From: an uncultured bacterium
GTDB taxonomy: Bacteria; Bacillota_I; Bacilli_A; RFN20; CAG-826
Length of the DNA stretch: 64,000 nucleotides
Direction of reading: 5' to 3'
Assembly: GCA_949285455.1 (NCBI GenBank)
Contig: CASDXP010000005.1
Span: 2,756-66,755 of the forward strand
In this document: piece after piece, positions 29,865 through 39,660 of the stretch
Numbering within the stretch: the first letter of the stretch is position 1
How the letters are laid out: every line of letters starts with the position of its first letter
Made by a program: the position numbers and the translations under genes
The notes under the pieces: model-generated
Told to the model about the DNA's origin: nothing
Database searches by the model: none
The model's input: only the letters and a program-made list of their open reading frames with translations

Positions 29865-30660
29865 TTGGAATAACTTCTAAAGCGAGCATAATCATAAAAC
29901 CAATAATAAAGGCCCATAAGCCAAAATGAATAGCTTTGCCTTTTCTTGCTTCAGGTAAAAGTTCGTCGACTGTAACATAAATCATCGCTCCGCTAGCGAA
30001 GCTAAGTAGCCAAGGAAGAAGTGGCTCTAAATAGAAAGCTAAAAATAAGCTAACGATAGCGAAAATTGGTTCGACTATGCCTGTTAAAGTTGCCATAAGA
30101 AAGGCTTTGACCTTACTCATTCCATTCGCATATAAAGGCACTGAAATTGCAAAAGATTCAGGAATGTTTTGAATAGTGATGCCAATCGCTAGTGAAAGCG
30201 CGGCTAAAGAAGTTTCTAAACTAGGGGTGGCTAAGGCTAATCCGCAAGCAAAACCAACCGCTAAACCTTCCGGTACGTTATGAATTAAAACAGCAAAAAA
30301 TAATTTTGTATGCTTTCCCAATTTGTTCGTTTTAATACCTTCTTCTTCTGAACCTTCATGATGTAAGTGAGGAACAAGTTTATCAATTAAATAAAGTAAA
30401 ATACAACCTATAAAGAAACCAATTAAAACAGGAACGTAAGGGAAAGAAGCATAGGTAGGGGAAGCTTTAGCTTCTTCAATCGAAGGCAAGAGTAAGCCAA
30501 AAATACCTGCCGCTATCATGATGCCGCTTGCAAAGCCTAGAACAAGATTATTAGTTTTATCACTTAAATCCTTTTTAAAAAGAAATACTAAGGCTGAACC
30601 TAATAATGAGCCTAAGAAGATGATAGTAATTGAAATTATTGCATAATGAATCGGTTCCAT
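29851..30660 (-). CDS. ZIP-family divalent-metal (zinc) transporter
   Basis: 269-aa polytopic ORF. His-rich loop HLHHEGSEEEG. Conserved HNxPEG motif (HNVPEGLAVG). Confidence 0.8.
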   Translation of the reverse strand: MEPIHYAIISITIIFLGSLLGSALVFLFKKDLSDKTNNLVLGFASGIMIAAGIFGLLLPSIEEAKASPTYASFPYVPVLIGFFIGCILLYLIDKLVPHLHHEGSEEEGIKTNKLGKHTKLFFAVLIHNVPEGLAVGFACGLALATPSLETSLAALSLAIGITIQNIPESFAISVPLYANGMSKVKAFLMATLTGIVEPIFAIVSLFLAFYLEPLLPWLLSFASGAMIYVTVDELLPEARKGKAIHFGLWAFIIGFMIMLALEVIPINVV

Positions 30661-30741
30661 AGGTTAATTATCATAATAGCGTTAGATATAGCATGCAAGA
30701 AATATGCATGTACGTTAATGTTTTGCTAATTAAAAAAATTG

Positions 30742-31299
30742 CTATAACGTCAAAGTAAAAACAAAAGCAAATATAATTGCGTTAAGCGACGCTAAAATTG
30801 AATAAATTTCGATAGGAATACTTTTAATTTTTTCTTCATTTTGTTCTTTTTCCTCATTTTCTTCTTCATCACTTTCAATCGATTCTAAAGGTTTAGAAAT
30901 AGTTCGCCCTCTTCTTTTAAAATGTTTCATTCTTGTTTGCTGATATAAATATCTTGCTAGCCAAATTATCGTTACCGTAACAAAAAGCAAAACTATAAAA
31001 CTTGGAATATCTAGTGGTTCGTTGATATCAAGATTTAATTTGTAAGTATATTCAACGTAAGCAAAAAGGATGATATCTATGATTAAAATTATGATAGAAA
31101 TGGGAAGCATATAGGTATATTCTCTTTTAGTCATTTTCTTTCTAATTTGATCTTTAGTTAACGCTCCTACTTTATTATCGATATGAAGCCATTTCTTCTT
31201 AAATATTTCTATCAATATAGAGGGATATAAAATCTGAAATAAACTTAATCCTATAATTGCGTATAAATATGAATACATTGATGATTGCCTACCCTTCAA
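30742..31299 (-). CDS. Small polytopic membrane protein, paralog of 31303..31848 (orphan immunity-protein candidate)
   Basis: 185-aa ORF, 3-4 predicted TM helices. N-terminal ~55 aa are closely similar to the neighbouring gene, then diverge. Acidic C-terminal tail. Confidence 0.4.
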   Translation of the reverse strand: MKGRQSSMYSYLYAIIGLSLFQILYPSILIEIFKKKWLHIDNKVGALTKDQIRKKMTKREYTYMLPISIIILIIDIILFAYVEYTYKLNLDINEPLDIPSFIVLLFVTVTIIWLARYLYQQTRMKHFKRRGRTISKPLESIESDEEENEEKEQNEEKIKSIPIEIYSILASLNAIIFAFVFTLTL

Positions 31300-31302
31300 C
31301 GA

Positions 31303-31848
31303 TTAATACAATATTAGAATTGGTATGAGGATGAAACTATTGAACAAAATAATTGAAGTATATAGTGTCATTGCAGCATTTTTGCCTGATTCATTCAAAA
31401 CCCATTTCATTCTTTTCCATCTCTCTCGTGCAGTATGCCGCCCATGGGCTAAATAACCCCCATCGACGGCTTTTATATTTCTTCCAAATATTTTTTTTCT
31501 TGCTTCGTAATAAACGTCAATAATTGCAGAAGCAAGAACAGCAAAGACAAAAAGCAATATTATTATGGAAGCAGCTACTATTAATGGCTTATCCATTGTA
31601 ATTGTGTATTGAAAAGCACAAAAACAATAAATTAGAAGAGTAGCGTTTATTATTAGAATTGGCAAAGAAACTAGAGTTAGAAAAATATGTTCCCTTTTTC
31701 CCATTTTATTTCTTACTTCTCTTTTAGATAAAGTTCCATTTTCATTATCGATATGGAACCATCGTTTTTTAAAAATAGTTATCAACAAAATGGGGAATAA
31801 AATTAGAAATAAACTTAACCCTATAATTGTATATAAATATGGATACAT
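31303..31848 (-). CDS. Small polytopic membrane protein immediately downstream of the RHS toxin gene (cognate immunity-protein candidate)
   Basis: 181-aa ORF beginning 22 nt after the RHS stop on the same strand. Hydrophobic helices. Confidence 0.4.
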   Translation of the reverse strand: MYPYLYTIIGLSLFLILFPILLITIFKKRWFHIDNENGTLSKREVRNKMGKREHIFLTLVSLPILIINATLLIYCFCAFQYTITMDKPLIVAASIIILLFVFAVLASAIIDVYYEARKKIFGRNIKAVDGGYLAHGRHTARERWKRMKWVLNESGKNAAMTLYTSIILFNSFILIPILILY

Positions 31849-31869
31849 TAGATTGCCTACCTGTTTCTA

Positions 31870-34800
31870 TTAATTTTTATTATTTTCTATTATTCCATAC
31901 ATTGATGAATTAAGGAAATCGCTTATTAAATTTTCGAATTTGTCTGAAATTATTTCTAGAAATTTAGGAGTTATAGATGTGCCTAACCTTGCTATTAGCC
32001 TCCCAAATATTTTATCCATTCCATTAGTGAGCTCTCCAAATATGTTAGTACTTATTCCGCTTACAACTCCGTTCATAAAAGAAGTAAAGAGATCCATATC
32101 AGTACCATACGTTAAAAAATCAGTAACTATTGAACCAATAATTTCGCCTGCAAAGGTAGCAACCACATCTACAATAAGCCTGGTGATTTTATAATATATA
32201 TGATTCAAACTAACAGCAGCAAATAATCCGCTTATAAATCCGCTTACAAATGCACCTAAATATTCTTGCCATGATGACCATTTCCATCTAGAAAAATCTA
32301 ATTGGTAATTGATTAGGTTCATTATGATATCTGTGACAAATAATGTAGCGACGCTTATTGCTGCAAATATTATTCCATATAGTAGTGCGGTTAATATCCA
32401 AATCCTTCCGCTTGAATCAACGTACTTAATAGGATTGTTTCTACAATAGATGTATAAATTTAAACCATTAAGTTGAGTTTTAGTTTCATCTAAGATTGAT
32501 AATTCATCACGTGAAATAAATCTAGCGAAGAAGGGACTATAATATCTTGCATTTAGATAATATAAATTAGATTCAGCGTCATAATAATAACTACGATATC
32601 TAAATGGGTTAATATTACCTATATTTTCTGAAGTGTGATTAATAACCTCGTGATTACCAAAAGCATCATATTCATAACTTGCAACTAGAGTTAAATCATC
32701 TTGCTTATAAATGTTTATAATGTCACCAAAAATATTTTTCTCATAAATGTAACTAGTGCCATTATGAGTAAAACCTATTAACGATTTATTCAAGTAATGG
32801 TATTCAATATCTTTCGAACTAGATTTTTCTCTTAAAATAAGATTATTTGATAAATAATATGTTGTTTTTTCACCATTTATTGTTTTTGAAGTTCTAATAC
32901 CGTTTAAATTATAAGTGTAACTAACATTATCAAAATTAATTAAATGCGATTCATTATTCCAAACGAAGGTATGATTATCATATGAAGTAAGTCTTCCTAA
33001 GGCATCGAAAGTTACATCTTTATCATTGACTCTTCTTAAGATATCTTTATTTGATGAAACGTTATAATAGAAGTTATCTACATGCGTGGAATCTAATAAT
33101 ATTTCATCTTCGTGAGTGTAATCATAAGTTGTTCTATTAACTAAATTACCATTTGCATCATAACTATACGTTATCGTTTTATTTAGTTCTTTATTATCTT
33201 CTCTAATTAAACGATCAACTTTATCGTATTTATAATAAGTATTACCAATATCACTTTTTACTTTGGTGACGTTAAGAAGTTTATCGTAATCGTAAGAATA
33301 ACGATGATAAACATTACTTCCAATAATATTTTCTAGCAATTTAATATTTGTAAGAGTCTTTTTGTCAGTGGTGAAATAATTTAAATTCTGTCTTAATAAA
33401 ACATTAGAATTAGTGTCCTTTATTTCGTTATATGTAAGACGACCAAAAACATCAGATTTTAAATTCGCTAAATAGTTAGATGAAGTGATAGAAGTTAATC
33501 TTAAGGTTTTACTATCATAAGAATAACTAGAAGATATAGTCTTATCGCCTAGATTGATACTTTCACTATCCAAACAATTTTTATTAGCGAAAGAATAAGT
33601 GTGAATAACATTAAGTTCATCGTAAGCATCAATTTCTTTAGTTAATCTATCGTAATCATCGTAAGTATATGAAATCGATTCTTCACCTTTTTCAATTTTT
33701 ATCAATCTTTTCTTATCATCATAAGTATAGTTAATAGTGGAATTATCGCTTCTCGTCGATTTTATTAAATTACTATCTTTATCATAAATTGAAGAAATCG
33801 TGTAGTTTAACGGACTAATCGTAGTGACTATCTTTTCCCCGTTAGTGACTAAATCGTCGCTGTAATTGCTAGTGTAGGCAAATGAATATAAAGACGATTC
33901 TCCAATTTTTATGTGGGTTTTACGGTGCTTATAATCATAAGAATAAGTATAAATTATTCCATCTTGCTCCATGGAAGTTAATAAATCCGATGTATAGTTA
34001 AATTTGATTGGATTAATTAAACCATCATCGTTATAAGAAAGATCCACTAGTTTTTGTGAATAGATATCGTAGCCTAATGATAATGTAGAATTATTTGGCC
34101 CGATGATAGTAGTAGGATATCTTGAATTAGAAAGATAATTAATCTGATAATCATCCTCATTTGTGAGTCTTCCTAATTCATCATAAACACTAGTTTTTTC
34201 TTGTTTTAAAGAAGGGGAATCTAAATTATATTGATAAGTTTTGTTCTTAAAACCTAATTCATCATAATTTATTTCTTTAACGTTATTTAAATTATCTATC
34301 GTACGAATTAATCGATTGTAATTATCGTAATCGTATTTCTTTTGAGCTGTAACACCGTAGATATCGTTAGAGACTTCCCTTACCAGATTTGAGTTTCTAT
34401 ATTCGTAATCTATTACGTTAGATGGGCTTAATTTTCTTAGTAAATGTAAGTCGTCATCATAAATATTAATTTCACCAATGACTTCATAAATTTTCACTTC
34501 TAAGTTAGTAAAGAAAGAAGAAGGAATTTCTAAATCAGAAGTAATTTTGATCGTTACCTTACTAACTAAATTATTGAAGAAAACCGGAATAGCTATTTGA
34601 GGGGTGATTCTATCGTAATGAATAGTGTAACTCGCTAGGTCGCCGGTCGCTATTATTTCAATCGATAATTCATTTTCATTATTGATATCAAAATTTGTTA
34701 TATTTGAAAAATCTATGATCGTGGCGGCAAGCAAATATTTTTTTGCAAAATCAATTTCACTTTTTAAAATTTGTAAAGTAAAACTACCATTTGAATAACT

Positions 34801-37800
34801 AACGTTTGTGTAGTTTTTAGTTGCAAGTAAATTTCTTTCTTCATAGCTTACATCGAATACGATATTTCTTTCGTTATAACTTTTATAAGAGGAAGAAGAA
34901 GTGAGCAAATCTAAATCTATGTTTTTTCGATAGATGATGTCACCGTTTTTATTGACGTAAACTGTCGTTTTATTATTGTTTATATTATCTTCAGCGGTAA
35001 TTTCAAAATTGTTCGCATTGACTCCCACATCTTCGATACTAGAATTGTCTACAATTTTATTTGTGATAAGGCCATCTTCAATACGAAGAGTTTTATTCGT
35101 GATATTGTATCCTTTAAATTTCATTTCGCTCCAAATGAAATTAATCTTTTCAGAGTTTGAATTCTCGACGGAGGTAAGATTTTTATAAGTATCGTAGGTA
35201 AATGTTAGTTTTTCCTCGTTTCCTTTATAGCCTTTAAAAATAATTTCATCTTGACCATCGCCTAATGTAAGAAGTCTAGTCATCTTAAATTTAGTTTCGA
35301 TTAGATTAGGATCGATGATGGAAGATAGAAGACCATTTTCATCGTAATTGATAGTAATTGTTTGCACAGATGAAGCAATTTCTACAAGGTTATCGTCGAT
35401 GTATTTAAGAGTTATTTCGTTTTCATTTAAATCGGAAATATAAATTAATCTTCCATAGTAATCAAATCCAAAGATTAAACCCTCTTCGCTTAAAAGGAAA
35501 TCTTGTGCATTATCTTTTTGCGCTAAGACTTCATTAGCCTTCAAAGTTCTATAATAATCGATATCTTTTTTATATCGATCGATTCTTTCTAATATGTCTT
35601 TGATAGAAAGTTTAATCGATTCAATTTGATGATTGTAACTTACGCTTGTGGAATTGAATGAATTAATTTGTGAGGCAGTTATTTGTTCTTCATTATTTAT
35701 CAGTTCACTAAAAACAGAATTCATCGTTTCCATTTGATTAGCGGTTTCTTCTTCCATTTGTTTTAAAGATAATAAGTATTGTTGAGCTTGTTTTGTTAAA
35801 TCTTTTAAAGTCGATTCATATTGTTCAATGGTACTTTCGATAGAAACTATATTTTCATTTTCATAGTAATCAGGTTTAATGTAAGTTTCATCGATATTTT
35901 TTGCATAATAATGATTTAACTCTAACTCGTTCGTAGCAATAGAATAAGCTTCCTTATTGTTAGTATTTAATTTGTAATAATATTTTGGTATGAGCGCAAA
36001 GTATTGTTCTTCTTTTATAGCGATAGAACAATTAATTAAGATAGGATTAACTTTTGTATTAGAGGATTTTAAATAATAACTGCCATTCTTATATTCGACT
36101 TCATTAGGAAAGTAGACAGCATATTGTAAAATTGCCTCATTCTGAGCATAAGTAACATCATTGAAATACATTGATAATAAAGAACGAACTTCGCTTTCAT
36201 CGTCAATTCTCGCCTTTGCTTGACCAATAAAACTAGTAATTTTAATTTGTCCGTTTTCATCTACTACCTTATCAATTGTTTCTAGCGGATCATCGTAAGT
36301 GAAGTGGTGGGTTAGTTTGACTTCTTTTTTCGAAGCCATATTTAAACTGTTCGCAGAGGAAATATAAGTAAGCCCATTAGAACTTATGACTTCGTAAGTT
36401 ACTTCGTGGACGTTACCGTGTCCATCTTTAAATTTATATTTTTGATCGCTATCTAGATAGACACTTTTATTGCTCACTAGATGATAAGAGCCGTCATTAT
36501 TTAAGTAGTACCATTTTTCGTAGAATGTATGAATATTTCCATTTCCATCAATGTAATGAATTTCATTTTGTAGTGCATCGATGTTATTTTGCTTACTTTT
36601 AATTAATCGAGAAGATAAGTTAAAAGCCCAACCTTTTGGAAGCCCCTTAATTTTATCTGCTGCTCTAAATAAATTTCTCGAATCATAATAAAAATTAAGA
36701 TTTACGCTCAATGCGTTAGAAGCGATGCTCGTCAGTGGAATTTCATAATGCAAATTACTTGTATATAAATTAGCCCTAAATGAAGAATTGTGACTAAAAT
36801 TATGCGAGATAATTACATTATTTTTATCATCACCAATACTTTGATATTTTGAAGTTATATTGGGGGTATTCTCACTATCGAAGCTAGTTTCATTAGTGAT
36901 AGCGATAAAAGGATTATTTTCTTTATTGTCAGCGACATATTCTAACGTTAATGTAATTGGTTCAATCGTTACATTTTCTTCTTTACGCTTAACGTCATCG
37001 TTAACGAAAGACGAAATATCGATTCGTAATAAATTATGAGAAGAATTGATAGGAACATTAGCGATGATAGTTTCACCATAAGACACTTTTATGTAATCGA
37101 GATCACTCACATTATCGCTAGCGTCAAATTTGATGTTAATAAACGATAAAAAATGTTCATTGCCTCTATCTTTTAATAATGAGGTAATTTCATCCATGTT
37201 GAGATTAATTTTTGTTAAGTTATTAACGCTATCTATGTAACCGCATATAGTTTTACCAGGATAGACATAATTATCGTTCGAATCTTTTATTTCTATAAGC
37301 GAAACATAGTTATATCTAAAATAAAGTTTAAGATTGACGCTTTGATTGGTGCTTAGATAAGCACTATTTGCTGTAATTATGATAGTTTTAGAAGATGTAA
37401 GATTATTAACTACTTGCACGTCAAAATCTTCACACGATATTTCCCCATCATTAGTCTCTAAATATGGTTCTAATATAAATCCATTATCAGTTCCAAAGAA
37501 ATTAACTTTTTTATCATCAACCTCCATTAATAGCGATGTAACAAAGCCAAGTGAGACTACACTATCACCAGTTTTTAAAGGTATTGTTAACAAGCACCCA
37601 TCGTTCGTAGATATAAGTGTATAGGCGGGACCAGGAATTGTGCCGCTTGTAGTTATTGTAGTTGGTCCATTGAAATAAACTATGGGAGATGGTCTGCTAG
37701 CAGTAGCAGAACTATTAACTCCATAAATTTGTTTATATATAGAGCACGTTAATGAAACAGAATCTTTATTTAAACTAAATGAAAAAGAATTATGTATAGT

Positions 37801-38106
37801 AGAACCATCACTAGCGATATAGGGAGTAGATATTTTTACATTTTTATTCAATGCTGAAATTGTTCGACTTTGTCCAGATAAGTTTTTGGCTAGAAGAAAA
37901 CTATTTTGAATAGGGACAACACTATTAGAAATATTAATAAAAGAAACTGGATGAGTGTATAATTTTATGTCAAGTTCATTAATTTCTTTAGAATAAATAC
38001 TAGATAATGAAAGTTTTAAGTCCTTATTTTTGTAATCGCCCATATAAGGAATATTCGCGTGATTCTTTTTTAAAAAGATGTCTTTAAAATTAAATTTATT
38101 TTGCAT
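31870..38106 (-). CDS. RHS/YD-repeat polymorphic toxin (2078 aa) with hydrophobic C-terminal extension
   Basis: Very long ORF. Many YD repeats (YTYDDKKRL, YTYDDYDRLTKE, YDANGNLVNRTTYDY). Terminal core ends in the ..NNPIKYVDSSGR.. motif, followed by a 177-aa hydrophobic tail. No N-terminal signal peptide seen. Confidence 0.85.
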   Translation of the reverse strand: MQNKFNFKDIFLKKNHANIPYMGDYKNKDLKLSLSSIYSKEINELDIKLYTHPVSFINISNSVVPIQNSFLLAKNLSGQSRTISALNKNVKISTPYIASDGSTIHNSFSFSLNKDSVSLTCSIYKQIYGVNSSATASRPSPIVYFNGPTTITTSGTIPGPAYTLISTNDGCLLTIPLKTGDSVVSLGFVTSLLMEVDDKKVNFFGTDNGFILEPYLETNDGEISCEDFDVQVVNNLTSSKTIIITANSAYLSTNQSVNLKLYFRYNYVSLIEIKDSNDNYVYPGKTICGYIDSVNNLTKINLNMDEITSLLKDRGNEHFLSFINIKFDASDNVSDLDYIKVSYGETIIANVPINSSHNLLRIDISSFVNDDVKRKEENVTIEPITLTLEYVADNKENNPFIAITNETSFDSENTPNITSKYQSIGDDKNNVIISHNFSHNSSFRANLYTSNLHYEIPLTSIASNALSVNLNFYYDSRNLFRAADKIKGLPKGWAFNLSSRLIKSKQNNIDALQNEIHYIDGNGNIHTFYEKWYYLNNDGSYHLVSNKSVYLDSDQKYKFKDGHGNVHEVTYEVISSNGLTYISSANSLNMASKKEVKLTHHFTYDDPLETIDKVVDENGQIKITSFIGQAKARIDDESEVRSLLSMYFNDVTYAQNEAILQYAVYFPNEVEYKNGSYYLKSSNTKVNPILINCSIAIKEEQYFALIPKYYYKLNTNNKEAYSIATNELELNHYYAKNIDETYIKPDYYENENIVSIESTIEQYESTLKDLTKQAQQYLLSLKQMEEETANQMETMNSVFSELINNEEQITASQINSFNSTSVSYNHQIESIKLSIKDILERIDRYKKDIDYYRTLKANEVLAQKDNAQDFLLSEEGLIFGFDYYGRLIYISDLNENEITLKYIDDNLVEIASSVQTITINYDENGLLSSIIDPNLIETKFKMTRLLTLGDGQDEIIFKGYKGNEEKLTFTYDTYKNLTSVENSNSEKINFIWSEMKFKGYNITNKTLRIEDGLITNKIVDNSSIEDVGVNANNFEITAEDNINNNKTTVYVNKNGDIIYRKNIDLDLLTSSSSYKSYNERNIVFDVSYEERNLLATKNYTNVSYSNGSFTLQILKSEIDFAKKYLLAATIIDFSNITNFDINNENELSIEIIATGDLASYTIHYDRITPQIAIPVFFNNLVSKVTIKITSDLEIPSSFFTNLEVKIYEVIGEINIYDDDLHLLRKLSPSNVIDYEYRNSNLVREVSNDIYGVTAQKKYDYDNYNRLIRTIDNLNNVKEINYDELGFKNKTYQYNLDSPSLKQEKTSVYDELGRLTNEDDYQINYLSNSRYPTTIIGPNNSTLSLGYDIYSQKLVDLSYNDDGLINPIKFNYTSDLLTSMEQDGIIYTYSYDYKHRKTHIKIGESSLYSFAYTSNYSDDLVTNGEKIVTTISPLNYTISSIYDKDSNLIKSTRSDNSTINYTYDDKKRLIKIEKGEESISYTYDDYDRLTKEIDAYDELNVIHTYSFANKNCLDSESINLGDKTISSSYSYDSKTLRLTSITSSNYLANLKSDVFGRLTYNEIKDTNSNVLLRQNLNYFTTDKKTLTNIKLLENIIGSNVYHRYSYDYDKLLNVTKVKSDIGNTYYKYDKVDRLIREDNKELNKTITYSYDANGNLVNRTTYDYTHEDEILLDSTHVDNFYYNVSSNKDILRRVNDKDVTFDALGRLTSYDNHTFVWNNESHLINFDNVSYTYNLNGIRTSKTINGEKTTYYLSNNLILREKSSSKDIEYHYLNKSLIGFTHNGTSYIYEKNIFGDIINIYKQDDLTLVASYEYDAFGNHEVINHTSENIGNINPFRYRSYYYDAESNLYYLNARYYSPFFARFISRDELSILDETKTQLNGLNLYIYCRNNPIKYVDSSGRIWILTALLYGIIFAAISVATLFVTDIIMNLINYQLDFSRWKWSSWQEYLGAFVSGFISGLFAAVSLNHIYYKITRLIVDVVATFAGEIIGSIVTDFLTYGTDMDLFTSFMNGVVSGISTNIFGELTNGMDKIFGRLIARLGTSITPKFLEIISDKFENLISDFLNSSMYGIIENNKN

Positions 38107-38259
38107 GTTTCCCCTTTCTTATATGATAAATGATTTTATTGATAAAATGAATGAAAATAGGATTAAGTTAAATGTTTTTAATCATTTATGAAGTAATTAT
38201 TTACTTCTTTAGTTATAATGTAGTTGTTTTAAAAGAAAAGAAAGGTAGAAATAAATAAT

Positions 38260-39456
38260 ATGCATTGCGTAAGAAAAGTTAATGAATCGCTCACGTGGGT
38301 CGGTGCGGATGACCGTAAAATTCATATTTTTGAAGGTGTCTATCCTTTAAAAAGAGGAATGTCTTATAATTCTTACTTACTAAAGGATGAGAAGACGGTT
38401 TTGTTAGACACTGTCGATAAAGCTTGCTTAGAGACTTTTTTAGAAAACGTTAAGTATGCACTAGATGGAAGAAAATTAGATTATATTATCGTCCATCATA
38501 TGGAACCTGATCATTCCGCTACTTTAAAAATTTTATTAGATTATTATCCTGAGGCTACAGTCGTTTGTAACCAAAAGATTTTAAACATGATTTATCAATT
38601 CTTTGGTAGCGATTTAAAACTTCAAACGTTGATCGTTAATGAAGGGGACACTTTAAATGTTGGCGAACATACTTTTCATTTTGTAAACGCTCCAATGGTG
38701 CACTGGCCAGAAGTGATGATGAGTTATGAAAGTAAAGATAAAATTTTATTTTCCGCAGATGCTTTTGGCACTTTTGGTGCTTTAAATGGGGCTTTATTTT
38801 CTGATGAAGTGGAATATGAACATAATTATTTAGATGAAGCGAGAAGATATTACACAAATATTGTTGGAAAATATGGTCCACAAGTGCAAGCGGTCTTAAA
38901 GAAAGCAAGTGCTTTAGACATTAAACTCATTTGCCCATTACATGGTTTCGTCTTTAGAAAAGATTTAGATAAAATTATCGATAAATATTTGAAGTGGAGT
39001 TCTTATACACCAGAAGAAAAAGGTGTTTTATTAGTTTATAGTTCAGTTTATGGTCACACGGAAAATGCCGCGAATATTTTAGCGTGCCAACTGGTGGAAA
39101 AAGGATTGAGAGTCGAAATGTTCGACTTATCTTTAACTGATGTGTCAGAAGTAGTGGCGAATGCTTTTAAATATTCACATATCGTTTTAGCCTCCACAAC
39201 ATACAATATGGGTATATTCTTACTCATGGATAATTTATTACATGATTTAATTGCGCATAATTTACAAAATAGAATTGTTGCTATTATGGAAAATGGTAGT
39301 TGGGCTCCTCAAGCGGGTAAACTTATGAAAGAAGAAGTGATGAAGATGAAAAATATGACCATCTTAGAAAATAGTGTCACGATCAAATCGAGCGTGGATG
39401 AATCTTCTTTAACACAAATTGTTTCTCTTGCGGACGCTATAGCGAAAACTTTTTAA
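38260..39456 (+). CDS. Flavodiiron protein (FprA-type; MBL-like diiron domain + flavodoxin domain)
   Basis: 398-aa ORF. N-terminal HxExDH-type diiron motif (HHMEPDHSA). C-terminal flavodoxin-like domain (LLVYSSVYGHTE). Confidence 0.7.
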   Translation: MHCVRKVNESLTWVGADDRKIHIFEGVYPLKRGMSYNSYLLKDEKTVLLDTVDKACLETFLENVKYALDGRKLDYIIVHHMEPDHSATLKILLDYYPEATVVCNQKILNMIYQFFGSDLKLQTLIVNEGDTLNVGEHTFHFVNAPMVHWPEVMMSYESKDKILFSADAFGTFGALNGALFSDEVEYEHNYLDEARRYYTNIVGKYGPQVQAVLKKASALDIKLICPLHGFVFRKDLDKIIDKYLKWSSYTPEEKGVLLVYSSVYGHTENAANILACQLVEKGLRVEMFDLSLTDVSEVVANAFKYSHIVLASTTYNMGIFLLMDNLLHDLIAHNLQNRIVAIMENGSWAPQAGKLMKEEVMKMKNMTILENSVTIKSSVDESSLTQIVSLADAIAKTF

Positions 39457-39493
39457 TCGAATAAAATAATATTTTTTAATGAAGAGCCTAAAA

Positions 39494-39519
39494 ACGATTT
39501 AGGCTTTTTCTTATATTTT
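39494..39519 (+). terminator. Rho-independent terminator after the flavodiiron gene
   Basis: AGCCTAAA/TTTAGGCT 8-bp stem followed by TTTTT. Confidence 0.65.
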
Positions 39520-39660
39520 AGAAATTCATATTATTAGTATACGTGTATGCATACTGTACACACGCAAAAAACTTGTTAAAAAATTTTTAAAAAAACTATT
39601 GCAATTAAACGCTTAAACGCATATCTTAACGCATATATAGTAATAGAAAGGAGATTACAC

